Below are positions 11,219 through 23,039 of a stretch of DNA of 64,000 bases, one piece after another (the first letter of the stretch is position 1; each line of letters starts with the position of its first letter). The translations under genes and the position numbers were made by a program. The stretch comes from Porphyridium purpureum. Its lineage: Eukaryota. Below the pieces are notes generated by a model. It saw nothing but the letters and a program-made list of their open reading frames with translations, was not told where the DNA came from and ran no database searches. Where the stretch lies: contig VRMN01000011.1 of assembly GCA_008690995.1 (NCBI GenBank), positions 434,001 to 498,000 on the forward strand, in the 5' to 3' direction.

Positions 11219-12014
11219 CTTGAATGTTGCGCGTTTGCACGTGTGCGTCTAGGTGTGTGTCTGCGTATATTCCCACTCAAGTCAGTCACCCTTTGTGCCA
11301 GCTTCCGCTCTTGACTGGCTCCTCCTCCTCTCCTTGCTCTCTTGCCTGCCTCCTCCGTCTCTCAGTCTGCGCCCTCGCCGTTTTATCGCCGCCCTTGCTT
11401 GTGGTATTTTTCAAACCGTTCAAAACGCGCTCTACTACAACATTAGCAAAAAAACGCGCGCACAGCAAAACTCCCAGTTTTCAAATTTTTGAAATGTGGG
11501 CTTTCAAAACGGTGGAGGTACAGTGAGACGCGAGTGTACAGTGAATTGATGCAGGATGTCATTGTGATGCGGCATGTCATGCGCCCTGAGCGCCGGGTCG
11601 GGATGTGCGAGGTGCACGCTTGGCGTGTCCCGGGATCGAGATATCAGGTACGGGCATGGGAGGTTTGTGCCCGGGGCGCTCGGTGGCGAGATATTTGGGC
11701 GGCGGACGCCGCGGCGCCATGTCACGCGTTGTTCTCGGTGAGTTGGGTTACGGCTGGCGGGAAGGCGCCGAGGGATGAGTAGGGGTGCAAATGAAGACGT
11801 GCTCTCCGCGCATTGCGAGCGCGACGACAGCAGTAATTATCCTTCCGGGTCGCGGTATTTGGACTCAAAGAGAAGGAAAAAAAGGCAACATTTAAATAAT
11901 GCTCAGCGTACAAGATCAAGCCCCTGACGATTGTACCATTTCAAAATCATCAGCATGCACATGCCACACGGCTACTGTGAACTAAACCCCACGGTGAAGC
12001 AGCAAGTCGTCAAA

Positions 12015-12560
12015 TCACCAATCCGAGTAAAACTCTTCCTCGTCGACTAGCATGCTGCAATAGCCGCGGCCGTGAATGTCGGTTTCTACGTAGCTCGAGC
12101 CATAGACAGACGAAGACGACGACATCGATGAACGCGCCTTTCGTATGCTCAGTCCATTCCCACTTCCCAGAGAAAAGAGCTTGCGGTGCGCGGTAGAGTT
12201 CGCGCTCCGGCAGGACGACGGTGCCGAGTGAGAAATCGACGCGAGGTCAGCGCCCTTGAACAGACCCGACTTGGACCTCCCGGCGGTCGACGCCGAGCTG
12301 GAGGCCGAGCTGGAGGCCGAACTCGACCCGGGCGTCTCTGTCAGGATGCCGCGCCGACTCGGCGCCATGTCTGGTCCGAGGTCAAATGCTTGTGTTCCGT
12401 TTTGCAAGCTCCGCGCGTTCGCTTCTGGCTGCGAAAGAAGCGAGCTCCGTGACACACCGCACGTCCGTGACGTCTTTTCGTCCTGGCGAAACGTGCTCGG
12501 CACGAACGAACGACGCAGATGTCCGGCCGACGCCGTCCTGGTCACCCCCTTCTGCCCCAT
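12015..12560 (-). CDS. Hypothetical Ser-rich, probably disordered protein (181 aa from ATG 12560)
   Basis: ATG-initiated ORF with GC-rich coding-like composition and an ATATATAT element about 135 bp upstream. No recognisable domain. Confidence 0.5.
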   Translation of the reverse strand: MGQKGVTRTASAGHLRRSFVPSTFRQDEKTSRTCGVSRSSLLSQPEANARSLQNGTQAFDLGPDMAPSRRGILTETPGSSSASSSASSSASTAGRSKSGLFKGADLASISHSAPSSCRSANSTAHRKLFSLGSGNGLSIRKARSSMSSSSSVYGSSYVETDIHGRGYCSMLVDEEEFYSDW

Positions 12561-13985
12561 GTGCGACTGTGCATGAACTGGACGAATCCCCAGCGTCAAC
12601 GAGCGCGGTGCGCCGCCCCGACCCCCTCACACACACTGTTCACGAACAGCTCCTTATCTTGAACCAAGCTGGATACCCACGCCCCTGCACACACATATAT
12701 ATGCACACCAGCGAAGTGACGAGTGGCGCGTGGTGTGTTCACCGAGCCCGACGGCCGACTACTCTATCGCCCTCACGGCACATCTGCGTCGCCCTCGCCA
12801 ACTTGTAGCGATGCCGCCTGAATAAAGAGCGCAGCGCCAGACCGCCGCACCCTAGAGTTTTGCGGACAGCACAACAAATGCATGTCTGCACCCGCACAGC
12901 AAGCATACGCACGCACGCCGAGACAGCATGCAGCAGCAGAAACCCATCTCCCCCCCCCCCGGGGGCTAATTTCTTGCATCACTCAATGAAAAAGGAACGC
13001 AGAAATCACGCCACAAACGCGCACGCACACGCGCACTTGCAACGAGCTGCCACCTCCGCCGGGGAGTGGAGGGCACACTGACAAGCGATAACACCCTCTG
13101 AACGAGTTCCCACGCACGGACGAAAATGGAAAGAACGGGACGAAAAACCAACAAGGGGAAACGGGTTCAGCAGCGTAGATGGTAGGCGGGATGAAACGAG
13201 GCAAAATCCCCCTCTCTTAACGACAAACCGCCGAAATTGAATTCTGGCGAAAAATAAAATGCAACGCAGACCGTCGATGCACGAGACACGCGACAAGTGG
13301 AGCACGAAAAAGAGCCAGTGAGAGCAGGAGACTCAAAGAGACAAAGCGAGAGAGAGAGAGAGAGACAGGGATCACTCACTCACGGCACACATGCTCGGCC
13401 AAGGGAGCATGCATTCGGGGCTTGGCTTTCGTGGTTCTTGTTGTTGTCGTTGTTGTTTTTGTTTTTGTTGTCGTGACACAACGGCGTGATTGCTCGAGAG
13501 CCAAAGCCGTTGAACGTTCGTATGAAAGCGGCGCATTTTTGTGAGGGTGACGTGCGTCGAAAAGTGGCGGAGGCCGCCTCGTGTTTTGTCACGTGAGATG
13601 GTTTCCTCATCTTCCACCCACCGCTCTCGCAGCAGGTGTTCGCTTTCTATGTGTTCGACCCTCCTGTTCGCTCACCGCCAAAAGGTGTGTTCGTGTGTGA
13701 GTCTTTTTTCATAGCCGCGACGCACATTTTGAGGCGGTTCATCGGCCGCGGTCACCCGAAACCGTACCGCTCCTGGTGTTTGGCCCGTGTCCACTTGGAC
13801 GCGTCGAATGTGGCGGGGCGGGTGTGACGAATTCGTTGGTCATCTCTTCCGATGGTTTTCAGTGTAGGCGTTGTGTTCACTGTACCTCGGCGTGAGCGCG
13901 CGGGTGGACGGCCACTGTACCGCGGGAGCGCGCGTGGCGGGAGAAGAGGGTGAGATGGAGCCGGTGGGGCTGAGCGAACGGAAGG

Positions 13986-15983
13986 ATGGACTCGTTGTGT
14001 GATGTTTGCGGCGCGTCAGACTGGCAGCTGAAGCCAGGGGGCGACGATGGCGAGTACATATGCGCGCTGTGTGACAGCGACATGCCGCAGGATATGCGCG
14101 CCGTGCTCGCGGGCGAGGCGCCTATCCAGGATGAATTGCTCCTCGTGCGCTCCCAGCAGAACCAGTCGCGCGCGCGCATGGGTGACGAGCGACTGCTGGC
14201 CGCCACGCAGGAAGGGCTCGCGGTGAACGCGCGCGGCTCGCAGCTCGTGGCAGACCTGGATCGCGAGGGTAGCGACGAATCGGATGAAGAGGCCCGGAGA
14301 CAGCTGTGGATGGAGAACAGAGGCAACGATGCTAGTACACACTCTTTGGTGGTGCGCCTTTTGCAAGAATTGACGCAACTCGTGGCTTTGCAGGTCTGGA
14401 GCTTGATACAGCCGCGCGACGGCCCACCCGACCATATGCACGCGGAACATGGCCAAGGAAAGCTCGCCTTCCTGACAACCGTGGCAAACGCGCATTTGAT
14501 TTGGTCCAAGGTGTATCAAAAGCAGGCCGGGCGCGCGGCCGATGACTATGACAGGGTATTGGCCAATGGGAGGTATCACGCCGCTGCGCGCAGAGCACCA
14601 AAGTCCAGTGCCACTCGGCCGCTCCACAAAAGTAGACATATCTCTAGCGCCAAGTCGGCTGCTGGAGCGGAAAAAGGGAGTCGAAAACTGGAGCCGTTTG
14701 CGCTTCTTCCTCTGAACCTGGTCATGGCGGCGTGTGGCATTCTGCGTGAACCGATTTTGCCGCTGCAGTTCTGGATATGGATGCAGAATAGGAGCATCCA
14801 CTGGGATCCAGACGCTTCCATAAAACGCATGTGGGTCAAACATCAACCTCAAGTGTCCTATCTGACCAACACGTTTCAACTCGTGTCCTGCATCACGTTG
14901 GAAGATGTTCGGAATGGCTTGCGTGGTCTTGTGGCAAACCTTTCCAGCGAGTGGACGGTCCTAGAAGCCGCTTATTCTGGAAGCTTGCTTCCTTCGGCCA
15001 CGCCGCGCCACACGATTCAGACTGTGCTTCAACTGCGCGTACCAAACCCAGACGGAGCGCTTCTGTACTGGACAGCTGACCTCTGTGGACTTGTAGACCA
15101 CCAACGTGAGGATCGTACCGGCCGCTCGTGGACCGTTGGCCAACGCCAAGAGCTCTTCGTGGCCATCGCGGCTGCGCTGTTCCGCTTTCGCTCGGCGCGC
15201 CTGAAAGCCAGGTCTCTGATTCTGCTTGGAAGCCCGGTAAACGAAGGATTTCGCTTCCTTCAGTATATGAATACGCGTTCAGCGCTATTGCCAGAGAATG
15301 ATGACACCTTAAGGGACTGGCACGAGGTCACGCGGTTTTTTAGGCCGTGCAATGCGCTGTGTGAGTACGTAGAGCACAGCTCAGAGTATGAGATGGCCGC
15401 AGATTTGCTTGGTAGCTTGACGTGCTCGCGCAACAACGAAGAGCTGGTCTTTCTGCACAACTCGTTGGTGCGCATGCCGCACGCCATGCGCGCTTATTTA
15501 CCGTCCAAGGCTCTGCATGCGTTACTGCATGAAAAAACCGAACTGAGTGTATCAAGACAGAAGCTGCGAAGCCTTGCGGATGAAATAGGACGTTCGATCG
15601 AGGTCGACTCGTGCGCGGCCTTGCGCACCCCCCTCGACTTGGCGCAGCGCATATGTGCCTCGCATACCGGCGTCGCCGAAGCACAGGATGCAATGCATTC
15701 TTGCCCAGAAGACAGCCTCAAGATCAGCACGGACAACAGCCACGAGGCACCGTGCTTGCCCGACGACAGCCCGCGAGAGCGCATCGTGAGCGCGCTATCC
15801 AGCGCTCTCGTGCGAGTGCTGCTTCACCCATACCCGCAAGTGCTGCCGTGGCCGGCGCAGACCAACTTTGAGCGGCACGCGCAGATCTTTCTTAGTCGAA
15901 TGGCGTGTGCACATGTCCATATCGTGCAGGGCTTTGTGTGCTTCTTCTCGCAGCAGCGCGCTGGCGCATCCAGTTCAGCGTGA
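13986..15983 (+). CDS. TAF1B/Rrn7-like RNA polymerase I initiation factor (TFIIB-related)
   Basis: N-terminal Zn ribbon CDVC...W...GEYICALC, and LVMAACGILREPILPLQFWIW resembling the Rrn7/TAF1B cyclin-fold segment. Confidence 0.65.
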   Translation: MDSLCDVCGASDWQLKPGGDDGEYICALCDSDMPQDMRAVLAGEAPIQDELLLVRSQQNQSRARMGDERLLAATQEGLAVNARGSQLVADLDREGSDESDEEARRQLWMENRGNDASTHSLVVRLLQELTQLVALQVWSLIQPRDGPPDHMHAEHGQGKLAFLTTVANAHLIWSKVYQKQAGRAADDYDRVLANGRYHAAARRAPKSSATRPLHKSRHISSAKSAAGAEKGSRKLEPFALLPLNLVMAACGILREPILPLQFWIWMQNRSIHWDPDASIKRMWVKHQPQVSYLTNTFQLVSCITLEDVRNGLRGLVANLSSEWTVLEAAYSGSLLPSATPRHTIQTVLQLRVPNPDGALLYWTADLCGLVDHQREDRTGRSWTVGQRQELFVAIAAALFRFRSARLKARSLILLGSPVNEGFRFLQYMNTRSALLPENDDTLRDWHEVTRFFRPCNALCEYVEHSSEYEMAADLLGSLTCSRNNEELVFLHNSLVRMPHAMRAYLPSKALHALLHEKTELSVSRQKLRSLADEIGRSIEVDSCAALRTPLDLAQRICASHTGVAEAQDAMHSCPEDSLKISTDNSHEAPCLPDDSPRERIVSALSSALVRVLLHPYPQVLPWPAQTNFERHAQIFLSRMACAHVHIVQGFVCFFSQQRAGASSSA

Positions 15984-16194
15984 CAATGGCGCTAACCAGT
16001 TCCGCATGCGACCACCTCAACTGTACCTATTTAATAGTAAAGCGCTCTGTTTTTATATGAAACGAACTGCGACCTTCTCGCGGACAGATGAGGCGAGTTG
16101 GGGTGGCTTTCCTGCTTTGGTTGTGGGTTGGGTGAGATGACAAGGGGGGGAGAGAGGAAGTGGTGAAGGTGTTGGTGGGTGGGTTGTGGACAAG

Positions 16195-19100
16195 ATGGCG
16201 CACGTCCCGCAGGTGAGCGCAGAACAACTGAAGGAGCTGGTGAACCTGCGTCTCAAGTCTCCGTTTGCATACCTTCCTCACGATTTCGTGTTTCATCGCG
16301 AATCGCAATCGCTCGTGTTCCTGGCAGCCGAGCGGCCAAGTTCGGATGATGCGTCGCGCGAGCACAAACGTCGTGCAAATACGTTGCTGTATTGTGTGGA
16401 TCTGTCTTCATTGGAGAACAGGAGAAAGCAGCCCGCTCTAGGGCAGACCGGCCTCGAAGGGTCCGAGGCGCCGGCGCTGCTCGACGCGTGGGGTCTCATT
16501 TTGAGTGAAGGCACCGGTGTAAGCTCTACTAGCTTGAGTACTGGAACTTACGTGTGGGATTTTCATGACTCTAATGCCTCAAACTCTGCAGGGGCAAACT
16601 CGGTCGTCGTTCCGAATCCTGTCCCGGCTCCGACGCCAACCCCGATCAGAGCGCCTGTCCAAGAACTGGCGTCATCCGCACATTTCGATCCAAATTCCAA
16701 TTCGAATGGTGCAGAGCAGGACAAGCTCACCAAAGAGGAGGAGCTCCTTCGTGAGCGGCTGCGCATGAACTCTGTAGGCCTGACAACATTCAAGCTGAAT
16801 CCGAAAACAGGTAAGGTGTTGTTTGCCTGGAAGGGAACACTTCATTCCATTCGCTTGGCTCGCGAAAAGGCCGACGGACTGCTGGCTCCGCAGGTTCCTA
16901 TACCCATCAGCCAAAAAAGTGTCGAGCCTCGCCTTGACGCCAAGTGGAGTGCGGACGGGCGCGTGGTGGCGTTCGTAAGAGATAGCGAGCTGTGGATTTT
17001 GGATTCGCATTCAGGCAAGGAACGGCAGATTACAAGGAAAGATGTCGAACAAGATGGCCAAAAGTCCAACCGCAAAACGGCCAATGGTGTTGCCGAGTAC
17101 ATCATGCAGGAAGAGTTTGACCGGTATACAGGCTATTGGTGGTATCCAGAGGCAGTGTGGGACATGCAGGAGCGTTGCGTTGTATACACAATTGCGTACA
17201 TGCACGTAGATGAAAGTGGCGTTCCTGTAGTAAGAATTCCGCGCTCCACCATGGACGGATCCCTCGATGACTATTCGTATCCTCGCGTCGGGGAGCCCAA
17301 CGCCGTTGTGGAGCCTCGAGTCGTCCGATTTAAAATTCCAGCCGAATCGTCCGCGCTTGGAGCTGCGGAAGCGCAAATGAATCACAGTTGGATCGATGAA
17401 CTAGACCTCTTCGAGACATGGGCGCCACAGACACCGATTCGCGAGCAGTTTGCATGGGCGGAATACATCGTACATGCAGGCTGGCTGCCTGCTGATGCCG
17501 TCGGCACGCCAGCCACTTCGGGTTTCGAAGCACCAATTGGTGCGAGAGAGTCGGAAGGTTTGGTCATGGATACCTCAAGTTCGCCGGGCTCGATAGCACG
17601 ACCATTGGCAGCAGAAGATGGCGTTTCCAACCAGATCCTCGACGTTTCATCCCACGGCAATGATCACGACGAACATTTGCAACCCGAGCAGCAGAAGCAG
17701 CAGCATCATTTGACCGCGCATGACCGGTGGCTGTGGCTCCTTCTTCTTGACCGTGTTCAGCAACGCAGCGCACTTGTTGCGTGTAAGGACGGGTCCGATG
17801 GCAGATGTGTGGTTCTTTATGAGGAGCGCTCGAAGCCGGATCAATGGATTAACATGCGAGATTGCTTCCACTTTGCGCCAGTCGACGTTTCGCATGCGCG
17901 CGGTGCGTCGTACATCATGCTCTTTTTGTCCGAGCGATCTGACGGCTTTAGCCACTTGCATCTGAAGGTGTTTCCCCTCACACAGGATTCCCAAGCCGCC
18001 TTGGATTGCCACTCCCAGTCCCCAGAAGAAGAAATACCTGGCAGCATCATTCGCGTAACGAGTGGGAACTGGACGGTTGAGCAGGTGATTGGTGTTGATT
18101 GGAAGAATAATCGTGTCTTCTTCACGGGCACGCGAGACTCTTATCTTGAGCTGCACGTGTATTGTACCCCCATTTTTGCCGAGGCCGTGCCACGTAGCGC
18201 GACGGATGGAGACTCATCTGAGTCGTCAGTACGCATCGTTCAGCGTATTACGACTGCCGGACACGCTCACACCAATTGCACGCTCAGTGCGGATCAGAGA
18301 TATTTGGTGGTCAACCAGTCGAGCTTGACCCAACCCCCCCGAACGCTTTTATACGGCCTGCAATTGCTCAGCGGGAAAGAAAGTGCGTTGGTGCACGTGT
18401 CCAACATGGCGCAATTGCCTGCGCCAGACGCGCCGGCCTTTAGCTGGGGGGCGCCGCGTGCTCCCGAACTTTTTCACTTCCGGTCCAGCGATGGCACGGG
18501 AACCGAACTGACGGGCTGTTTGTACCACCCGAATCCGTCCCGCGCGGGACGAGTGCCCACACTGCTGCATGTGTATGGCGGTCCGCACGTGCAGCTTGTA
18601 TCGAACGACTATAGGCTCACGGTGCAGGCCAAGTTCCAGCTTTTGTCGCAGCGCCTTGGTGTCGCGGTGGTTATGATTGATGGACGCGGTAGCGCGAGGC
18701 GCGGGCTTGAGTTCGAGGCACGACTCTACGGGAACATGGGCGACGTCGAGCTGTCAGATCAAGTCGATGGGCTGCAATTTCTCGTTTCGCGAGGGGTTGT
18801 GGATCCACAGCGTATCGCAGTGTCGGGATGGAGCTACGGCGGCTACATGTCGCTCATGGCTCTCATGAAGCGGCCTGATGTATTCAAATGTGCGGTATCT
18901 GGTGCGCCGGTCGTGAGGTGGGAACTGTATGACACTGGCTACACTGAACGTTACATGAACTTGCCGCGAGCTAATGTCGCCGGCTATAGCAGTGCATCGA
19001 TACTGAGCCACGTCGCAGGCCTGCCGGAGGACCCCAACGAGCGATTGATGATCGTCCACAGCCTCATGGACGAGAATGTGCATGTTGTACATACCAGCAC

Positions 19101-19251
19101 GCTCCTGGATGCCATGATCAGGCTAAATAAGCCGTACAGGCTCCTTCTTTTTCCCAATGAGCGACATGGATTACGAGCTCCTTCTGCTCAGGTTCATTTT
19201 GAATCGAACTTTTTCCGCTTTGTACTAGCGCACCTGTTTGGCAAAGGGTAA
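16195..19251 (+). CDS. DPP9: Dipeptidyl peptidase 8/9-like (peptidase S9B)
   Basis: LLRERLR, AEYIMQEEFDRYTGYWW, VYGGPHVQ, catalytic GWSYGG, DENVH and ERH; no signal anchor. Confidence 0.93.
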   Translation: MAHVPQVSAEQLKELVNLRLKSPFAYLPHDFVFHRESQSLVFLAAERPSSDDASREHKRRANTLLYCVDLSSLENRRKQPALGQTGLEGSEAPALLDAWGLILSEGTGVSSTSLSTGTYVWDFHDSNASNSAGANSVVVPNPVPAPTPTPIRAPVQELASSAHFDPNSNSNGAEQDKLTKEEELLRERLRMNSVGLTTFKLNPKTGKVLFAWKGTLHSIRLAREKADGLLAPQVPIPISQKSVEPRLDAKWSADGRVVAFVRDSELWILDSHSGKERQITRKDVEQDGQKSNRKTANGVAEYIMQEEFDRYTGYWWYPEAVWDMQERCVVYTIAYMHVDESGVPVVRIPRSTMDGSLDDYSYPRVGEPNAVVEPRVVRFKIPAESSALGAAEAQMNHSWIDELDLFETWAPQTPIREQFAWAEYIVHAGWLPADAVGTPATSGFEAPIGARESEGLVMDTSSSPGSIARPLAAEDGVSNQILDVSSHGNDHDEHLQPEQQKQQHHLTAHDRWLWLLLLDRVQQRSALVACKDGSDGRCVVLYEERSKPDQWINMRDCFHFAPVDVSHARGASYIMLFLSERSDGFSHLHLKVFPLTQDSQAALDCHSQSPEEEIPGSIIRVTSGNWTVEQVIGVDWKNNRVFFTGTRDSYLELHVYCTPIFAEAVPRSATDGDSSESSVRIVQRITTAGHAHTNCTLSADQRYLVVNQSSLTQPPRTLLYGLQLLSGKESALVHVSNMAQLPAPDAPAFSWGAPRAPELFHFRSSDGTGTELTGCLYHPNPSRAGRVPTLLHVYGGPHVQLVSNDYRLTVQAKFQLLSQRLGVAVVMIDGRGSARRGLEFEARLYGNMGDVELSDQVDGLQFLVSRGVVDPQRIAVSGWSYGGYMSLMALMKRPDVFKCAVSGAPVVRWELYDTGYTERYMNLPRANVAGYSSASILSHVAGLPEDPNERLMIVHSLMDENVHVVHTSTLLDAMIRLNKPYRLLLFPNERHGLRAPSAQVHFESNFFRFVLAHLFGKG

Positions 19252-19527
19252 AGGAAGCGGAACAAGCGCTGAGCCCCTGCGTTGCTTCGATTTGCATGAT
19301 TGTCAAAGGTACAATCAGAAGCGCATTTATGTGTCACTTTCTTCTCTGTACAATAGATGTGAGTAGTGTCGTTTCTGCCATTCTTTTATATCTCATTCTT
19401 TTTTCCTCCGTCGTTCGGGTTTTGTAGTTGCCGTGCGCTCTCCCTGTTGAAAGCCATGCGCAGAGAGAAGACAGGTCGAGATTCTCGCTGGAGGCTGTTA
19501 GTGTCCATCTTAATCGAGTACTCAAAT

Positions 19528-20589
19528 TCATTCTCCAACGGCTCGCTTCGCAGGCTTCTTCCCTCGCGTCTTCTCTGCTGCACCGTTGGTGGGGCCTCTT
19601 ACCGCCGCGTCTCCGCCGCGCGGCGGCGCCTCCCTGTCAAGCCCGTGCCCGCCTGTTGGGAGTGCGGCGTTTCCACTGGTATTCGGCACTTGGCCTGCGC
19701 CACCTGGGACACCTGTAGGCGCCGGCTCCACGGAAGCACCCACCGCGCCTACAGAGATTTGCTGTGGATTGATTGCTCCGTTCAATGCGGAGAGGCGCGA
19801 GCGCAAATTCATATTTTCACAGTACAAGCGCATATTCTCTTCGCGCAGTTTGGTGTTCTCGGTCGATGCTTCTTCGCACTTGGCCATCACGCGATTCGAG
19901 TGCTCGTTGAGGCTTTCAATTTCTGTCTGCAACGATGCAAGCGTCTCTTGATGTCGCTTCCGGCTGCGTGCGGCCGACAAGCGGTTGCGCAGCTTGCGCT
20001 TGTAGAGCATCAGGTCGTGCTCCTCCTTGGTCATCTTTCTGGACATGGCAGACGTAGTGCCACTCAGATCCCCCAGCTCCTTTGGGTCAACTCTTTTCTC
20101 CAGGAGCTCCAACTCAGCCTTCACTTTGCGCATCTCTTCGTCATCCGAGTCTTCGCCATTACGCGAGGACGCCGCAGTTCCGTGCAGATTCGGATTCGAA
20201 CTGCTACAAGCCAATCCCAAAGAGGTTGCTTCTGACGTGGGCTGCCTGCCTTCGGCCTTGTATTGCGCGCTAAAGTCGTCGGTTGCATGGTTCTGCGAGT
20301 GCGCTCGCGGATGTGGTGCCAGAGTGTAAGTCGACGGTCCAGCCCGGTCAGGATTTGGCGCGTCTGTTGACAGTAACTCACTGACGTCCGCGCTGGTGCC
20401 GGTAGGTTGCAGCCCCGGGACGGGTGGTAATTCTTCCCGGGGGCTCGCGAGCGCTTGATGCATCATTGGGATCTGCTGAAGCGCTGCCGCAGCTGCCTCT
20501 TCATCGTCCATTTCTAGCAGCAGCGCGGCAGTCTCTTCTTTCTCGCGGGCCCTCTTTTTCCAACTTTGATTCGGATTCTGAGCCATCAT
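19528..20589 (-). CDS. bZIP transcription factor
   Basis: Basic region KRKLRNRLSAARSRKR followed by Leu heptads. Confidence 0.9.
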   Translation of the reverse strand: MMAQNPNQSWKKRAREKEETAALLLEMDDEEAAAAALQQIPMMHQALASPREELPPVPGLQPTGTSADVSELLSTDAPNPDRAGPSTYTLAPHPRAHSQNHATDDFSAQYKAEGRQPTSEATSLGLACSSSNPNLHGTAASSRNGEDSDDEEMRKVKAELELLEKRVDPKELGDLSGTTSAMSRKMTKEEHDLMLYKRKLRNRLSAARSRKRHQETLASLQTEIESLNEHSNRVMAKCEEASTENTKLREENMRLYCENMNLRSRLSALNGAINPQQISVGAVGASVEPAPTGVPGGAGQVPNTSGNAALPTGGHGLDREAPPRGGDAAVRGPTNGAAEKTRGKKPAKRAVGE

Positions 20590-23039
20590 CCCTGCGTCTC
20601 CGCGCAGTCCGACAGTTCAGTATTCCGTACCCGCTGTAATAGAGAGGAACCACCCGGGGGTCTTGGCAATGGAAAATACAGCCGCCCGACAGAGCAGACG
20701 AGGGAGGGAGACTCGACTTCTAGTCCACTTACAGGCCGGGTCCCGCGCCGCCCACAAGACCCGGCGCTGAATACTTTTTATCACCCCGCCAGCACACGTG
20801 TCTCTTCCGAGCCTTGTCCCGGGCGAAATAACTCGGCGCCCAATGCCCTCTGCACGCTCACGCTGCGCACCCCCAAAATCCAGGCTGCCACAGACAGCGC
20901 GTGCCGAAACGCCAAGCCCGCTGCAGCTCCGAGCGCGATGATGCGGAACGTGAGCGCTAAATTTGCGAGGAGGCTAGATTTGTGGTGGATGAACGTGTGA
21001 GAATCATCACGCGGTCGTCATCATCCATCCCTCGTTCCTCCTGTCCAACCTGTTTTCCCTTCCCCCTCCGTCACACTCCTTCCCGGGTATTTTCGAATCA
21101 GCCTCCAACTCGATACGTAACGCGCGCCCTCCCTCGTGGAAGCAAAGGCTTGGACACTGTACAAATGTGAGGTACAGTCATGTGGGTACAGTAATGGGTG
21201 TACAGCGCGTGTGCGGCTGACCTGCGGAATCTGGGCAGCGGCAGGATGAGAGACAGGAAGAGAGAGCGAAGGGGTGGCAAACGCATGCGGTGTGGAAAAG
21301 CCGAGGAGAATTCGCCAAGCGCGCGAGAGACGCGGAGCAGCTGTCGCTTTGCAGCGCAGACGCCAGGCGCCTGTGGACATGTAGACTTCAAAGATCCGGC
21401 GTCCGTCGACATGCTGCGGCTGCCGTTCTGGCGGAGCAGCAAGTGAGTTTGTAGTTTTGCCGGGAAACACAGGCCGGAAAGCATAGAAAGGGAGGCCGAG
21501 GCCGCTGATGAGCAGCGACCACAGCGATCGTGGCGGATAGGGGTAAAATGGATTCGTAAGGATAAATGCGAGTCTGTGTGTCCAATGCACGCGTCCGCTC
21601 GGAGAGCGATGAGGGGGTGCGACGTCCGGCCCGAGAGATGACAAGGTTTTGTACTTTTCTACGGAACGCGAAAGGTCGTAGTTTCTGCTTTCACAATCTT
21701 GGAATATGGAGGAGCATGAAGGGACGAACTTCCAGGTTTCGAAGGAGGTGTCAAAGCTGCTTGGAAAGAGCATCGGGAGCATTTGCTGGTACGAGATTTT
21801 TGTCTGCCGCTCTCTCTCGTTTTTCTTCGAGATGAGGGGTTCTGAGAATAAGCGTTCGAATGAAAGTATCGCGTCAAAGGACATCGCAATCTGTTTCTGC
21901 AGCCTTCGTGGCCATTGCTGATGGCATTGTTAGAAATAGACGCTAGCTTGCTCTTCGGCTAGCCGGAAAGAGTTTGAAAACGGCTTCTCGGACAAAACGT
22001 CAAGGGAAGGAGTTGGGAGAGAAAGAAACGGCTTGGTCGCTGTATTTGTTTCAGCATTTCCCTGTTCTTTCGACAGTCTTGGCGAGGGCGGAAGAAGAAA
22101 GAGAATCACAGGAACCTGGATTCTTGATGGTGGCTACCTTGATTGACTCTATGAAAGGAGAGCCGCGCAGGCGCAAAGGATGAGTTGAGGTCGCGCCCGC
22201 GTAAAAATCCTGACATGGAGCGAGTCTAGATATTACTACAGAAGGGGCGCTCGCCTCGACCGGTCCGAATGCAATGCCTTTGACAGCTTGAACACAGTTC
22301 ATGAGAACGGAAAATGTCGGTTTGAACAGGAAAGTTTCGGTCTCAGCACATGCAAGCGTGTGCAAGGCGGAAAGTGGTCTACGTGCTTGCAGCCGTAAAG
22401 CGGCCTGCGAAACACAACGAGAAGGAAGGTATCGGGAAATCGAGCAGCAGGCTTGCTCTACGCAGTGAGACGGAACTCTGTGGGGCGACGTATTTATGTA
22501 TGATAACCGACCTGTTTTCATGTGAATGAAGCGATGTAAGCTTCGTGGTGCTGCTCTGTGCGAAATGCCAAGGAGCCTCGCGGGAAACCTCGGCACGGCT
22601 ACCTCTTGGCGCAGGGGGGAAGAGGCGGGATAGTTGGTACCTAATCGAGTAAATTGATTGACTGTTCTACTATTAAGAGTGCAGTTGGCGAGCAGATACC
22701 GGACGCATTGGATACCTCTTGTCTGGTCAGACGCGGACCACCCAGCGCGCACCATACGGCGGACACTCGTTTGCCTCGAGGTCGTCGTCGTGCTGCTCCT
22801 GGACTACGGCACAGAACGTACGCGCCTCGGTTCTCGAGCGTGCCGGTACGCCTTCTTGCGGGCTATGCCGCACAAAAGTATGCATATAAGCAAACTTTCG
22901 CCGCGTCGACCGCATCCCTCCGTGAGGTCTAAATTGCATGTGCAAACAAGACACGAGGCAGACAGATACCAGTGCATATCTTGTGGTCCCTTGGCGTCCA
23001 TCTGCTCTTCGTGTCTGTATGCATGCAGGTCTACTGTGC

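Noticed and set aside
22112..22140. TWILDGGY resembling a copia protease or Harbinger motif
   Set aside because: Isolated 8-mer without other element motifs.
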